The notes below the pieces were generated by a model. That model saw nothing but the letters and a program-made list of their open reading frames with translations, did no database searches and was not told the DNA's origin. From assembly GCA_000004985.1 (NCBI GenBank), contig GG738860.1: a stretch of 64,000 bases of DNA; one strand, written 5' to 3'. Below are positions 42,948-54,982 of the stretch, piece after piece. A program made the translations under genes and the position numbers. Numbering within the stretch: position 1 is the stretch's first letter; every line of letters begins with the position of its first letter. The DNA comes from Naegleria gruberi (lineage: Eukaryota).

Positions 42948-45287
42948 ATGATGAAGAGCAAAAAAGTGTTTATTCAGCCATTTACTAAACAATTGTTCGA
43001 TGCGCTCGATGAGACGTCAGACTCACAAGAGCCTCCATCGGCAGTTGGTAATGGAGAACAATCACCTTGTACACCAACAGAGGCTGGAGGTCGTTTCTCC
43101 TTTAATGAAAACATTTTTGCAACACCAAAACTCTGTCCTCCAACTCCAACAAAAACTCCTGCAACAGCAACTCTTAAGCCATCATCATCAAAGACACTTT
43201 CTTCTTTAAAATCACCACTCTTTGACTCGGAGAGTGAAGAAAGTGATAATGATGAAAATAAGTTTGTGATCAAGTCTCCAATCTCAATCAAAGCTAGACC
43301 AAACCGTTTCCAAGTTCTTGGATCAACAACAAAACCAAGATCTCCTCTCATGCCTGTACAACCAAATCTACCACCACATCGTGACTTTTCTCAAATCAAA
43401 CTTGGTAACAAACAAAAACCAAAAAGACCTAGTTTCTCTCTCGTTCAACAAAGCACAAGTGATGATGAAATTGAAGAAGAATTAACACCACCTGGTATCT
43501 GTAAGAAGAGACCATTCGATGCTATCAGAAGTCCTGTCACCACTAAGAGCAGTACCTCAAGTAAACCTTCATCTCTTCTTGGTGGTACTCCTAACTTTGA
43601 TTTTCCTGACCTTTCAGAGGCTGATAGAAAGGTTTTCCCACCACCAAATAAGAAAACAGCAGGAACAACATTTATGGATATTTCTGGAGATTTCAATTCC
43701 CCTGGAATGTGTCCACCTAGTACAATCAAACCAAAATACACAAATAGTAGTGAACCAATGTCTTCTAATTGGTTTGCTAGTCCAAGTCTTACTAAGAGTA
43801 TTGTGGAAACTCCTCAAATTGAAATGACTCCACCATCCCCTGTATTATTCCAATCATCTAATAATTCAAAGGGTAACTTTTTCTCAAATCTCTCCCAATC
43901 TACCCTAGATTCTCCTGGTAACCCTTTTGAAACTGAAATTTTCCAAACTGATTTTGATGAAGCTGTCATTGATTGCTCTGATGATATGATTAGCGATGAT
44001 GATAATGCTTCAATGGAAGATTTTGGAGACATGTCAAGTCAAATGCAAGCTTCAACTCCACCTAGAGCAACCCTTTCCCAAACATCTCCAAATGCCCTCA
44101 ATGTACAACTCATTCCTGGTAGACTCACTGCCAATGAAGATGTTCATGAAAATCCATTCTCCCCTGAAAGAAACTTTAAAAAGACAAAAACTGAAGACGA
44201 TTACTTTTCCATTACAGATGATAAGAATACATCATCATATTTACAGGGAAAGATTGCCTCATGTAAAAAGTCAGCTAGAAAGAAGAGACAAAGTGACATG
44301 GCTCTTAATATTAGTGATGTGAATAACCTTAGTGAAGTTGACCCAATCTTTGAAGTGTACTTTTCTCGTTATTTGGAAGATTTCGAAGAGACTGGAGTTC
44401 TAGGCGATGGATGTTTTGGTAGAGTTACCAAGGCAAAGAATAGATTCGATGGTATTACGTATGCTATTAAATCCATGAAGAGAAAGATTAAAGGAAAGAA
44501 GGATCTAGATAAGATCTTGAAAGAAGTTCAAGCTCTTGCCACCCTTGTAGATAACCCATACCTTGTAAGATATTACTCATGTTGGATTGAAGGTAAACTT
44601 CCTCAATTTAGTTTATTTTTGCAAACCGAATTATGTGAGGGTGGTTCTCTTGCTAAGAGAATTGGCAAACAAATATTTAACGAATCTCAATTGATAGACC
44701 TTACGAGACAACTTGCATCTGGCTTGATGCAAATGCATGCCCAAAACATTGTACATCTTGACTTGAAGCCAGACAATATCTATCTAACATCAGCAGATGA
44801 TGATAAACCTCGATACAAGATTGGTGATTTGGGACTTGCCTCAAGCTCTTTAGAAACTTTAAAGGATGTCATGGAAGGTGACTCGAGATATCTTGCAAAA
44901 GAATTATTAAGTACTGAAGAAAATGTGAACACTGACTTGACGAAAGCTGATATTTTCTCTCTTGGTGCAACAATATACGAGTGTGCAATTGGTAGACCAT
45001 TACCAAACAATGGAAATGAATGGCATGATATTAGAAATGGTATACTGAAAGATTTCCCAAATCATTTTACTGACTCTTTCAAGAATTTATTACTTGCCAT
45101 GCTTAATATTCAACCAACTTGTAGACCTACAGCTTATCAACTTTTACAACATCCACTTTTTACCCAACAAAAACTCACTGAAAATGACTTGCTTCAAACC
45201 ATCCAACATCAACAAAATATCATCATCAAACTAAAAGAGCAAGAAGCTATTTTAAGAAGAAAAATTGAAGAAATGGAACGAAAATAA
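42948..45287 (+). CDS. Wee1/Myt1-family protein kinase with long S/P-rich disordered N-terminus
   Basis: The C-terminal kinase domain has GDGCFGRVTKA, AIK, HLDLKPDNI, DLG, and the Wee1-typical EGDSRYLAKELL in place of the APE motif. The ORF-track start at 42903 is a TTG, and the first ATG is at 42948 (MMKSKK). Confidence 0.8.
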   Translation: MMKSKKVFIQPFTKQLFDALDETSDSQEPPSAVGNGEQSPCTPTEAGGRFSFNENIFATPKLCPPTPTKTPATATLKPSSSKTLSSLKSPLFDSESEESDNDENKFVIKSPISIKARPNRFQVLGSTTKPRSPLMPVQPNLPPHRDFSQIKLGNKQKPKRPSFSLVQQSTSDDEIEEELTPPGICKKRPFDAIRSPVTTKSSTSSKPSSLLGGTPNFDFPDLSEADRKVFPPPNKKTAGTTFMDISGDFNSPGMCPPSTIKPKYTNSSEPMSSNWFASPSLTKSIVETPQIEMTPPSPVLFQSSNNSKGNFFSNLSQSTLDSPGNPFETEIFQTDFDEAVIDCSDDMISDDDNASMEDFGDMSSQMQASTPPRATLSQTSPNALNVQLIPGRLTANEDVHENPFSPERNFKKTKTEDDYFSITDDKNTSSYLQGKIASCKKSARKKRQSDMALNISDVNNLSEVDPIFEVYFSRYLEDFEETGVLGDGCFGRVTKAKNRFDGITYAIKSMKRKIKGKKDLDKILKEVQALATLVDNPYLVRYYSCWIEGKLPQFSLFLQTELCEGGSLAKRIGKQIFNESQLIDLTRQLASGLMQMHAQNIVHLDLKPDNIYLTSADDDKPRYKIGDLGLASSSLETLKDVMEGDSRYLAKELLSTEENVNTDLTKADIFSLGATIYECAIGRPLPNNGNEWHDIRNGILKDFPNHFTDSFKNLLLAMLNIQPTCRPTAYQLLQHPLFTQQKLTENDLLQTIQHQQNIIIKLKEQEAILRRKIEEMERK

Positions 45288-45289
45288 AC

Positions 45290-45721
45290 CTAAGCAGTTT
45301 CTCTATTCTGTTTAAACTTTTCCAATGTTGCAACCTTTTCCTTTTGAACATCTTGTAAATTCTTTAATTGTTCTCTATTGAATTCTAAAGAAATCATTAA
45401 ATCCTCTTCATTCAATCCACCAGGGAAGAATAAATGTTTGGTTTCATCTCTAGCGTAGGGTGTATAAAATTCGGGATAATCTATTGTTGGGAAGGCACCT
45501 GGCGAAGCATCCCACTTTTGTTCAATCTTGTATCGTTCCCAAAGTGCAACAAATATTGCCACACTCCATGTCAATAACATGGATGGAATGAACCCCTGAT
45601 AGAGAAATCTATTTTCATGTCTATTCCGAAGTCTTCTCACACTCTGATCTTCAAACAAACTTGCATAAACCTCATGTTTATGTCTGAATAGATAAAATAA
45701 TCGTTTTCCAATTCTTGTCAT
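45290..45721 (-). CDS. small single-pass membrane protein (hypothetical)
   Basis: 143 aa with a real ATG and one TM helix (GFIPSMLLTWSVAIFVALW). It is convergent with the Wee1-like gene, and the two stop codons are 2 bp apart. Confidence 0.45.
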   Translation of the reverse strand: MTRIGKRLFYLFRHKHEVYASLFEDQSVRRLRNRHENRFLYQGFIPSMLLTWSVAIFVALWERYKIEQKWDASPGAFPTIDYPEFYTPYARDETKHLFFPGGLNEEDLMISLEFNREQLKNLQDVQKEKVATLEKFKQNRETA

Positions 45722-45841
45722 TTTTTAATTCTCTTCTCCTTTTCTCAAACATCATCACGGAATGCAATTATTATTTAATAAATATTGTTGAACAGGTTAT
45801 TTAATTATTAAAAAAGAATAATAAATATATAATTTAAAAAA

Positions 45842-47320
45842 ATGAGTGTATTGATTAGTACATCACTAGGTGATTTTGTAGTTGATTTGTGGATTGAAGA
45901 ATGTCCATTTACTTGTTTTAATTTCCTCTCCCTCTGTAAAATTAAATACTATAATAATTGTAAAATATTTAATATTGAAAAGAATGCTTGGTTTCAAACA
46001 GGTGATCCATCATCCAATAACAATGATGAAAATGTAGGAAAGGGAGGACATTCCATCTTTCATCTCATTGAAAAATATAAACATGAAAAGGTGTTGAAAA
46101 AACCACTCACGGAAAACATTTACTTTAATGATGAAATTAATTTACTAAAGAAACATAATATGGAAGGCTTACTTTGTATGGCCAATAAGGATGGAAAACC
46201 AAATACCAATGCTAGTCAATTTTATGTCACTACTAGTGGCAGACATTTGGATTATTTGGATGGAAAACATACAATTTTTGGAAGAGTAGAAGAAGGAATG
46301 GAAGTTATTAAAGCAATTGATAGATTATATACGGAAAAGAAGAATGATATGGAAATTCCAATTCAAACTGTTAGAATAAGACATACACAAATTCTCTTTG
46401 ATCCATTTGAGGAGGAAGAATCTTTTAGGAAACAATTTGAAGAGTTTTTGGATGGTGTCAGTCTTTTAATTCCACCTAGCAGTCCTCTTCCTATTAGAGA
46501 TGATGAAATTATTGAAATATCTAAAGAAAAACTCACACTAGAGGAGAAACCAACTGAAAATAAGCGTCTCTCCAAAGAAGAATATGAAGCAAAGAAGGAA
46601 AGAGAGGCTAAATCAAAGGCTATTGTATTAGAAATGATAGGAGATTTACCAGATGCTGACGTCAAGCCACCAGATAGTGTTCTCTTTGTTTGTAGACTCA
46701 ATCCAATCACCTCAGAGAAGAGTCTTCGAACAATCTTTTTACAATACGGTAATATTGTAAAATGTGAAATTGTTAAAAACAGAAAGACTGGAAAGAGCAA
46801 AACTTATGCATTCATTGAATTTGAAGATGCTGAATCCTGTGAGCGAGCCTTCCTCAAATCTGAAGGATTAGTCATTGATGATCACAAGATTCACGTCGAC
46901 TTTTCTCAATCCATTGCCCATCTGTGGGCTCAGAATGAGAAGGAAAAAAAGCAGGCCGAAACATCACCACAACGACATGGAAATGACAAGGAAAGAAATG
47001 ATCGTCACCATGATAATAGAAGGGATAATAGAGATTACAACGATGATCATTATGGAAGAGAACATAGGAATTCCCATAAATCTGAATCGTCAAGTCATCA
47101 CAATAGAAGTTATAGAGATGATTATCATAGAGACTATAGGGATGATAGAAGAGATTACAGAAGGGATGATAGAAGGGATTACAGAGATGATAGAAGAGAC
47201 AACAGAGACCACAGAGATGACAGAAGATTGGACTCTGATAATAAGAGAAAGTACAATGATGACCACAAGTCAGAGAGAAGATTCAATGACTATGACCAAA
47301 ACAAAAAGCAAAAACGATAA
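45842..47320 (+). CDS. PPIL4: cyclophilin-RRM protein (peptidyl-prolyl isomerase-like 4) with RD/RE-rich C-terminal tail
   Basis: The N-terminus [40 protein letters not shown] aligns with PPIL4 ([38 protein letters not shown]). There is an RRM ([31 protein letters not shown]...YAFIEFE), followed by an R/D/Y-rich repeat tail. Confidence 0.85.
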   Translation: [492 protein letters not shown]

Positions 47321-47325
47321 ATTAT

Positions 47326-49284
47326 TTATTTCTCTGACTCCTCCTGCCTAATCTTCGAAGCATGACCAAAGAGGATAATGCCTATCAACACTTTGAATAA
47401 GAATAGACAACAATAAGTTAAAAAGACTAACAAGGCAGAAATGAAAGTTGATCCACTCTGTAAACGCCAAGATCTCTCTACTGAAATAATTATCAATCTG
47501 AGAATGAGACTAATGATTGGACCATCTACAAATCCAACCCTCCTCGAAGTTGTGTTTGCATTATCAAGAAATGACTTGAATAATTAAATTCAATCAGTAA
47601 AGTAATTAAACTTACACTAGCATTATTGACTGTTGAAAGATCAAAAGCTAATTTGACCTTGTATGATTGATAAGTGTTCGATTGAATGTCATTAAATTTA
47701 CAAATAAATGAATGCTTAATAGAGTCAACTGCCATCTCTGAAGAAATCATATACAAAATAATGTACAAAAATTCCTCAATTCTATAATCGCCACTCGATA
47801 AAGAGTTTTGAAAGAAAATTACAATACTAAATATTACAATCTCAAATCTTTCCACAATATCTATATTTAAATTAAGAAATTTTAATAGAGTAGTTGTAAC
47901 ATACCATTACAAGACAATTGGAATAATGCCTCTCTTACTGATTTCTTGAAAATATTTGCCTTAATTTCCACAAAATTAGTGGATATTAAAAGGGTCAATA
48001 GAGATTGATTTCTCGAGTTGAGGGCAATATTTAAAGTTACAATTCTCAATAGAGCAATTACGGTGTGAATATCTTGTTAGAGATTAATATATTAATTTGT
48101 AATAATTCAAACCTACATAAAACAAATGTATGTACAATAAAAGAGAAAATAGCTGTAAATATAAGCTTATTCCTCTCAGGGCCAATAGTAATAGAAAAAT
48201 TTGGATCAGTAGCTGAAAAGTACATTGAAGTTTGTGAATTCTGCTCAAATGACGAACACAACCTATCTAAAACCTCCAAAATACCATGAAACATGAACAA
48301 TTTCAGTACAGTCTCCCCTCTAATAACATGATACAGTAGTGAATAATCAGTCGTATAATAAATTACAATTACATTAATGATAATTGAGAATGTTTTCAAA
48401 AATTCACAAATATTAGTTTGTCCAATTGGTTTCCCTCTCAATAATCCAAACAGAGAAAACAACATTCTCAATGGAAAAAACGTAAAATGAAACAATAAAC
48501 TATCCAAACATATTGAAAATCCAAAAAAGAAGTACTTTTCCAAATTCCAAGGAACATTAATGAAATTGTAAATACTATTCCTTATTTCTTCTTCTGTTTT
48601 AGTTGGAATGGGTCTATCCTTTGATACATTTCCCATTGTTGATGATGATAATACATTATTTGAATTTCCTCCTCCATTCAATATTGTTTTCGAATTGCTT
48701 TTAATCATTACATTAGATTCCGAATCAATTATTGCCATCCTTTCCGTACTCTTTGAATTATTCATTGCAGATTGTGTCCAATTCTTATTTACATCCAATT
48801 CTCCTTGTAAATATTTGAATAAACTATTCACTCGACTAACTTTAGGCTTTGAAATCTTTCTAGGAGGTGTTCTAGGTGATAGATTACCACTATTATTCAT
48901 TAAATTAGATGATAAATCATTGGAATTTATAGAATTTGATGATGAAGAATTATTCAATGATGGTGGTGCTACTTGGAAGGGATTTGATTTCTTTCGATTG
49001 GGAGAATTAAGTCCCTGTAGAAGTGTTAGTGATGATCGTTTATTTCCCAGTGATGATAACAATAAGGATGGAACAGAGGAGTTGGAGTTTGATTCCAATG
49101 CTGATAGCGATGATGAAGATATTGATGGTGATGAAAATATTATTTCCGAAGAGGACTGATTGGTAACAACATTACTTGTTGTTGAAGGAATAACATGATC
49201 CCCTGATGATGTATTATTATTATTTGTAGGAGGGAGGAAATCGGAAAGATTAACACGACTTGTACTTCGACTCCTTAAAGACAT
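47326..49284 (-). CDS. TAPT1: TAPT1 (DUF747) family multi-pass membrane protein; 4 exons
   Basis: Approximate exons: 48117-49284, 47905-48072, 47616-47860 and 47326-47574. Donors are GTAGGT, GTATGT and GTAAGT. The spliced protein matches human TAPT1 across the exon junctions: IRGETVLKLFMFHGILEVLDRLCSSF, then ...VL|Y|IHTVIALLRIVTLNIALNSRNQSLLTLLISTNFVEIKANIFKK, then ...SCNG|DIVERFEIVIF..., then SEMAVDSIKHSFICKFNDI, and finally SRRVGFVDGPIISLILRLII. Confidence 0.75.
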
Positions 49285-49338
49285 TTTTTAGATTGAAAAA
49301 TTGTAAACAATTATAACATAATAATAATGTGAAACAAT

Positions 49339-52042
49339 TTAATCCTTTTTAACCTCTTCTTGACTATCAGAGGCCTTCTTTGGTCTTACAAATCTACTCT
49401 TTGCCTTATTGACTGTTGGTTCAGAATCATTGGCATGATTATCTGTCGTTGTGCCAACAATATTTCTAGCAGTGGATTGTGGTTCTTCCTCTGGTTCGTG
49501 TATGACCATTTGATCTTGTTCATCATCATCGTCATCATCACTATCACCTCCCTTTGGTGTTGGTTTCAGCTTCTTTGGATCACTTTGCAAATCACTTTGT
49601 GGGATAGGACTATATCTTCTCTTCATTGGTGACACTTCTCCTAAATTGGTGCTCATACCACTTGGTGGAACAGTAGTGGTAGGTTGTTGAGGTTGAGGTG
49701 GAGGACCTTGTTGCATTGGAGGTTGTGAAACTGGATAGTAAGGTGGCTGTGTCACTTGTGGAGAAGCTCCAACTACTTGTGATGATGGTGGAGGATTACT
49801 TGGTGCATTTCCATAAGGTGGTTGATTTGAAGGTGGTTGAGTTGTTCCATTAGTGGCACTAGTTGTTGGTGGAGGTTGTTGATAGGCTTGTTGTTGAGGT
49901 GGTGAATTATGTGGAGGGAAAGTAACATTATTAGATGTTGGATATGGTGAAAGAACTTCTTTAGGACCTTGAGAAGGTTGTGAAATACCAACAGGAGTGG
50001 ATTGAGAACCTCCTAATGGTTGTTGTTGTTGTTGAGAGAATGAAGGAGGATTCACATTGGCTGTACTTGCTGGTGGTGGATTATTGAGTGGTGGTGGATG
50101 TGAATAACTTGAGCCACCCCCAGTGCTAGTAGGACCATTGTAAGAACTTGCTGAACCTCCTTGTGGTTGCCTTTCTTGGAGTCTTTCTTGAAGTCTTTCT
50201 TGAGGTGGAGGCAAATAGTGTTGTTCCATTGGTGGTTGTCCATAACCATTCAAATTGTTTTGTGGACCATTCTGAGGTGGTAAATTTGTTGGAGGTTCCA
50301 ATTTTGGATAACGATCAACAGAATGATATGGTGGAGCTTGTGATGCTGGATTTGGTGGAGGATAATTACCAGGAGGATTTGGAAGGCCCAATGATTGAAT
50401 ATTTGGATTTGGTTGAGTATTACCAGCTGATTGAGGACCAGGGAATATGCCTGATTGGAATCCTGATTGAGGACCAGCAGTTGGTGGTTCAACAGCAGTC
50501 AAATTCTTTGGTTCTTCTGGATTACCTCTATCCATATTCTTAAGGAACATTAAACGTTGTTGAATGTGCTCATTATTTTGATCCAAATCAGCTGCACGTT
50601 GATAAGCGTCCAAAGCATCTGGAATTTGTGAACATGATTCGTACAGAGTACCCAAATCATACCAAACTTCACTCAAAAATGGATTCAATCTAATAGCTCT
50701 ACTATATGCATCCAAAGCATCCCTATATTGATTAATTTGATAATACAAGACACCAATTGAGCACCAGAAAGTTGGATTCTTTCCATCTCTGAAAACAGCT
50801 TGTTGGTAGGCATTGTATGCATAACGATATCTCTTTTGTGCCATAAAGCAACGTCCTAATAAATACCATGTTTGTCCACTTGATGGATCAGCATCAATAG
50901 ATTGTTGTAAATAAGTGATGGCTGTTTCTAAATTTTGGAATTCAGTATTTTGATGATAAAGCCATCCCAATTGTTGAAGAACCTTACTGTGGTTTGGATT
51001 GAATTTGAGTACCTTTTCGTATGAATTCTTTGCTTCTTGGAAATCCTTCTTTAATTCGTAAACGTGACCGATTTGGAACCAAATATCTGCTTCCGTCAAT
51101 GGTGGTGGTGGATTTTTACGAATTATTCCAAAACATTCCAAGCTTTGTTCATACTTCTTTTGTTGTTTGTATATAATACCTAGACGGAAGTAGATTTCAT
51201 TGATTTTTTCGAATTGTGCATCCATTTTCAATACACTTCTAAAAGCTTCTTCGGCATTGTCCAAACTATTGTATCTTTCATAGAGGATACCAATTCCGTA
51301 CCATAAATGTGGATCTTGTTTTGTTCTATTTTGTAATTTAGCATTGTAGATGGCTTGATGATAGGCAGTGTAAGCTTTAGTAAGATCGTCCATCATTAAA
51401 AAACAATGTCCCAGATTACCCCAGATTTCTGTATTGTTATCTTCGGTTTGAAGGGCAGTGTGATAATATTCGACTGCTTTTTGGAAATCTGGAGGATCCT
51501 TCATTCTATAAATTGAGGCAATACTCGTCAGAGCTTGAACATGATATTGATTATAACGTAAGATTCTCTCATAATAGTGAATGGCTTTATCGGCTTCATT
51601 CATAGACTCGGCAAGTTTACCTATTATAAAAGTATACACACAATGTTATTGTTCGCATATCATGATGTGTCGTGAGTTGTGTATATCATTTGATGATGTT
51701 GTTATTGTTGCAATAAAGATGATAATGCAATACAATGTTGATGAAATTAAAAGGTAACAATATTATGTTAAAAATCGAGATGGGCCATAGTACCGTAAAA
51801 ATGCGGGACAATTTAGCAGAAAGGGAAGCATCAATATTTGACACGTCATTGGGAATTTGGCCATTCATAATTATTAGCAACACACAATTTTGTTGTTGAA
51901 TAATAAAGCAGACAGTAATCCAACATTATCATTAGAATATGTAATACTTACCTAACCTCATCCAAATTTTTTCATTCTCCATATCCAATCTGGCATTAAT
52001 TGGACCAGGTGGAGGGCCATTAGGAGGATATCCACTATTCAT
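49339..52042 (-). CDS. Ssn6/Cyc8-like TPR transcriptional corepressor (dictyostelid trfA-like) with P/Q-rich C-terminus; 2 exons
   Basis: Exon 1 is about 51952-52042 (MNSGYPPNGPPPGPINARLDMENEKIWMRLG, phase 1) and ends at a GTAAGT donor. An intron of about 331 nt follows. Exon 2 runs 49339 to about 51620 from acceptor ...ataatag. The junction ...IWMRLG|KLAESMNEADKAIHYYERIL matches Cyc8 ETWLSIASLAETLGDGDRA. Ten TPRs are followed by a long P/Q/S-rich tail. Confidence 0.75.
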
Positions 52043-52837
52043 TACAAAGTAATAGTATACAAAATGATGTTCTAATTAAATTTTCTTATTGTAGGAAGAT
52101 CCCAACAATTTGTGAAACTAATGTGAAAGTACAATTCAACGTTCTTGATGATGATGGAAAACTGTAGTAATAATAACTATTACCAACACAACTACTACAG
52201 AAAAACTTTTCCAAAAAACGTTTGTTGTTGTTGATCGTTGAACACAAATAAATATTCTTCAAAATGGAGAATTTTTGCTACAGCCAACAAGAGCGTAAAA
52301 TGTTGTATTTTTTTTGACCCTTGTCGCGGTGTGTTCTCCCTCTATTTATAGTGGAGCCAAAAATGGAGCGATGGGTTTTAGCTTTAGTCAACCGCGCTGA
52401 TGAATCCCCACTTACCATCAAAAATGATGTTGGCCACTACTTTTACTGTTCGGGTAGTTGGTTAGTCCATCACTAGACATCAAATCACCAAAACAAACCA
52501 CCACCAACAATATTTTAAAGTTGAAGAGAGTATTTTCTAGTTGGAATATTTTACAACAACAATGCGAGTTGGAAATCGATATTTTCTACAACATGAAATT
52601 TATTCTTCTAGAATGGAAAAATTGATAAGGTTTCAAATAGGAAAGAAGATTCTCAGATATTTAATTTCATCAAATTTAGCAAGTTGATTATGAATTTATT
52701 ACAATAAGAAAAAAAATAACATCAATACTTATTGATACAACCTTGTGAACATCACTTTCTGATAAAAAATTTTTAATTAGAAATTCTAATTGGTTGAAAC
52801 AAACTACTAGGTGAAAGTGTAAAATAATTGTTGGAAA

Positions 52838-54362
52838 ATGTTGGCCATTCATCATCATCACAAACAACAAGAACACGAATTGGAAAGTCTAAAACAAAAT
52901 TATAAATTTAATATTGAAGCAGTTTTTGATCATGAAAGTGCTCGTGATTGTTTCCGAAAGTTTTTAAAGGATAATTTGAATGAAGATCCTTTCATGTTTT
53001 ATGAAATGGTTGAAAAGTATCAAAAAACAAGATTGGACAAGAATAGATTTGATATGGCTGTGGAAATTATGAATACTTTTATTGTTGTGAGTGCCAAACA
53101 TGAATTAAACTTGTCAATGACTATTAGAAATGATATTCTAAAGAATTGGAAGGTGATTCAGGAGCTAAATGAAGGGAAATCTGCTGAATTAATGGAATGT
53201 CCAACTGACTTGTTCCAAAAAGCTCAGAATGTCATCTTTTCCGAATTGAAACAAGATAATTTTCCAAGATTTATCGATTCTGAACAATTTGTAAAATATT
53301 TAAAGAAGGAAGCTAGAAAATCACAATTCAAGGGCTCACCAGCAACATTGTTAGACTTGTTGGGATCGAAAAAGGCAATGGAAAGGTCAGATAGTGGTCT
53401 ATCACATGAATTGACTGAATCCGGCTCTTTGGAAGACATGTCAGTGGTAGAAAACAAACCTTCAACTATTGCAGATAATGATAGACCTCTTGTTGATCCA
53501 CATTCTGTCTACATTTCATCAAAGGATTATGATATTGTGAATGAATTGATTTCTTCATTGAATGATAGTAGTAGATGGAAAGTAGTTGAAGAAAAGACAG
53601 GTATGAAAACATTGACCAGTGCTCATAATTATTATCTGAACCCATCAGATGGAGCTCTTCCTTTAATTTGTTTCACTGGTCTCGCTAAGGGAAATCACAA
53701 GGAATTATTTAATTTGATTTTTTCACAACATTTCGAAAAGAAAATGAGTGCTCTCCAAAAGAGGAAATTACAATTGGACTATATCAAAATTAATCCAGAG
53801 AATGGTGTGGATTATCCTAATTCAATAATTTACTCGGAACTCGATGTATGTATTCTTTTCAATTCTCAAATAATAATTAATTGAATTATTACAACAGACT
53901 CACTTTCCAATATCTAAAAGAGACCTAGTACTAGCCAAGACAGTTATACCAGATCTTTACAATCCAGAAACTGATGATTTTGATCGATATTCCATAATTC
54001 AGAAACCATGCACTCATCAAGATGCTCCAATCTCTAAGGAATTTATCAGAGTTTCACTCTTCTCAGCAATAATTGTAGAGAAAAAGACTAATGACACTTT
54101 GAGATACTACATGTTTGATTTTATGGATTTGAAAGGAAAAGTTCCAAAGAAACTCTTATCAGGAATTGCACGTTTTGCTGCTAAGGAATTTCATAAATAT
54201 CTCCAAAAACAATTTATCAATCCCAGAGATGGACGAATCAAATCACCCTCAGCCGATTCACCAACAGAAGAAGAATTATATAGCTCTGAAGGAATGGTTG
54301 AGTTGCTTCATGATCATATCAATTACATTCGAGAACACATTCTCCCAAAGAATACACTCTAA
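52838..54362 (+). CDS. RGS domain protein with C-terminal START lipid-transfer domain; 2 exons
   Basis: Exon 1 runs 52838 to about 53845. Its RGS domain reads SARDCFRKFLKDNLNEDPFMFYEMVEKYQ...IRNDILKNW. A GTATGT..cag intron of about 52 nt follows, and exon 2 runs from about 53898 to 54362. The START-like region spans the junction: MKTLTSAHNYYLNPSD...IYSELD|THFPISKRDLVLAKTV...LRYYMFDFMDLKGKVPKKLLSGIARFAAKEF. Confidence 0.75.
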
Positions 54363-54982
54363 TTTGTCTAAATTTAATTATGTTGTGAAGGACAAGTTTT
54401 TTGATAAACATAAATTCAAAGAGATTTATTATTGGAATCATAACTAAGGAAAGAAAGCATGTTATATGATGTTTGAAGTTTCAATTTCGATTTGATCAGA
54501 AAATAGAAAATGAGAAACCAAAACTTGCATCCATCAATTCAGGAGTTAAATATTCAATTTATAGAAGGGTGATCAACCTAATCAATATCTTCAAACAAAA
54601 CCTGAACCAACAAGATTCTGTCTTCGTTGCCTTCACTGTTCATACAGTCAAAGACTGTAGCGGGATTGTCGTCATATTCCTGGCAGGCTTCCCGTCCAAT
54701 GAAACCTAAAAGAATATCCAAAAATTAATGTTACTAAATTGTTAATAACTTAATTACTGAAAGTTTGTATTGAGTTGGTCGTGGATCGATTACAGAGCTT
54801 AATAGGTTAACCACTTTAAGTATTACTAAGTAGCATTAAGTTTTGCAAAGAAGTTCCATATTCTTTATATTCATTGCATTGATTTACCTTTGCTATTAAT
54901 CGTGACTCGTTATATTTGGAAAAGATTCGTCGTGCCAATGCTATCATGTTAATGGACACAATGGAAGATGATGAACTGAATG

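Noticed and set aside
51686-51883. 65-aa minus-strand ORF between the Ssn6-like exons
   Set aside because: It lies inside the inferred 331-nt intron. It has no start context or homology.
51944-51956. Sequence aatacttacct resembling the 5' end of U1 snRNA (ATACTTACCTG)
   Set aside because: It is the reverse complement of the GTAAGTAT donor of the Ssn6-like gene's first intron on the minus strand. There is no downstream U1 body or Sm site.
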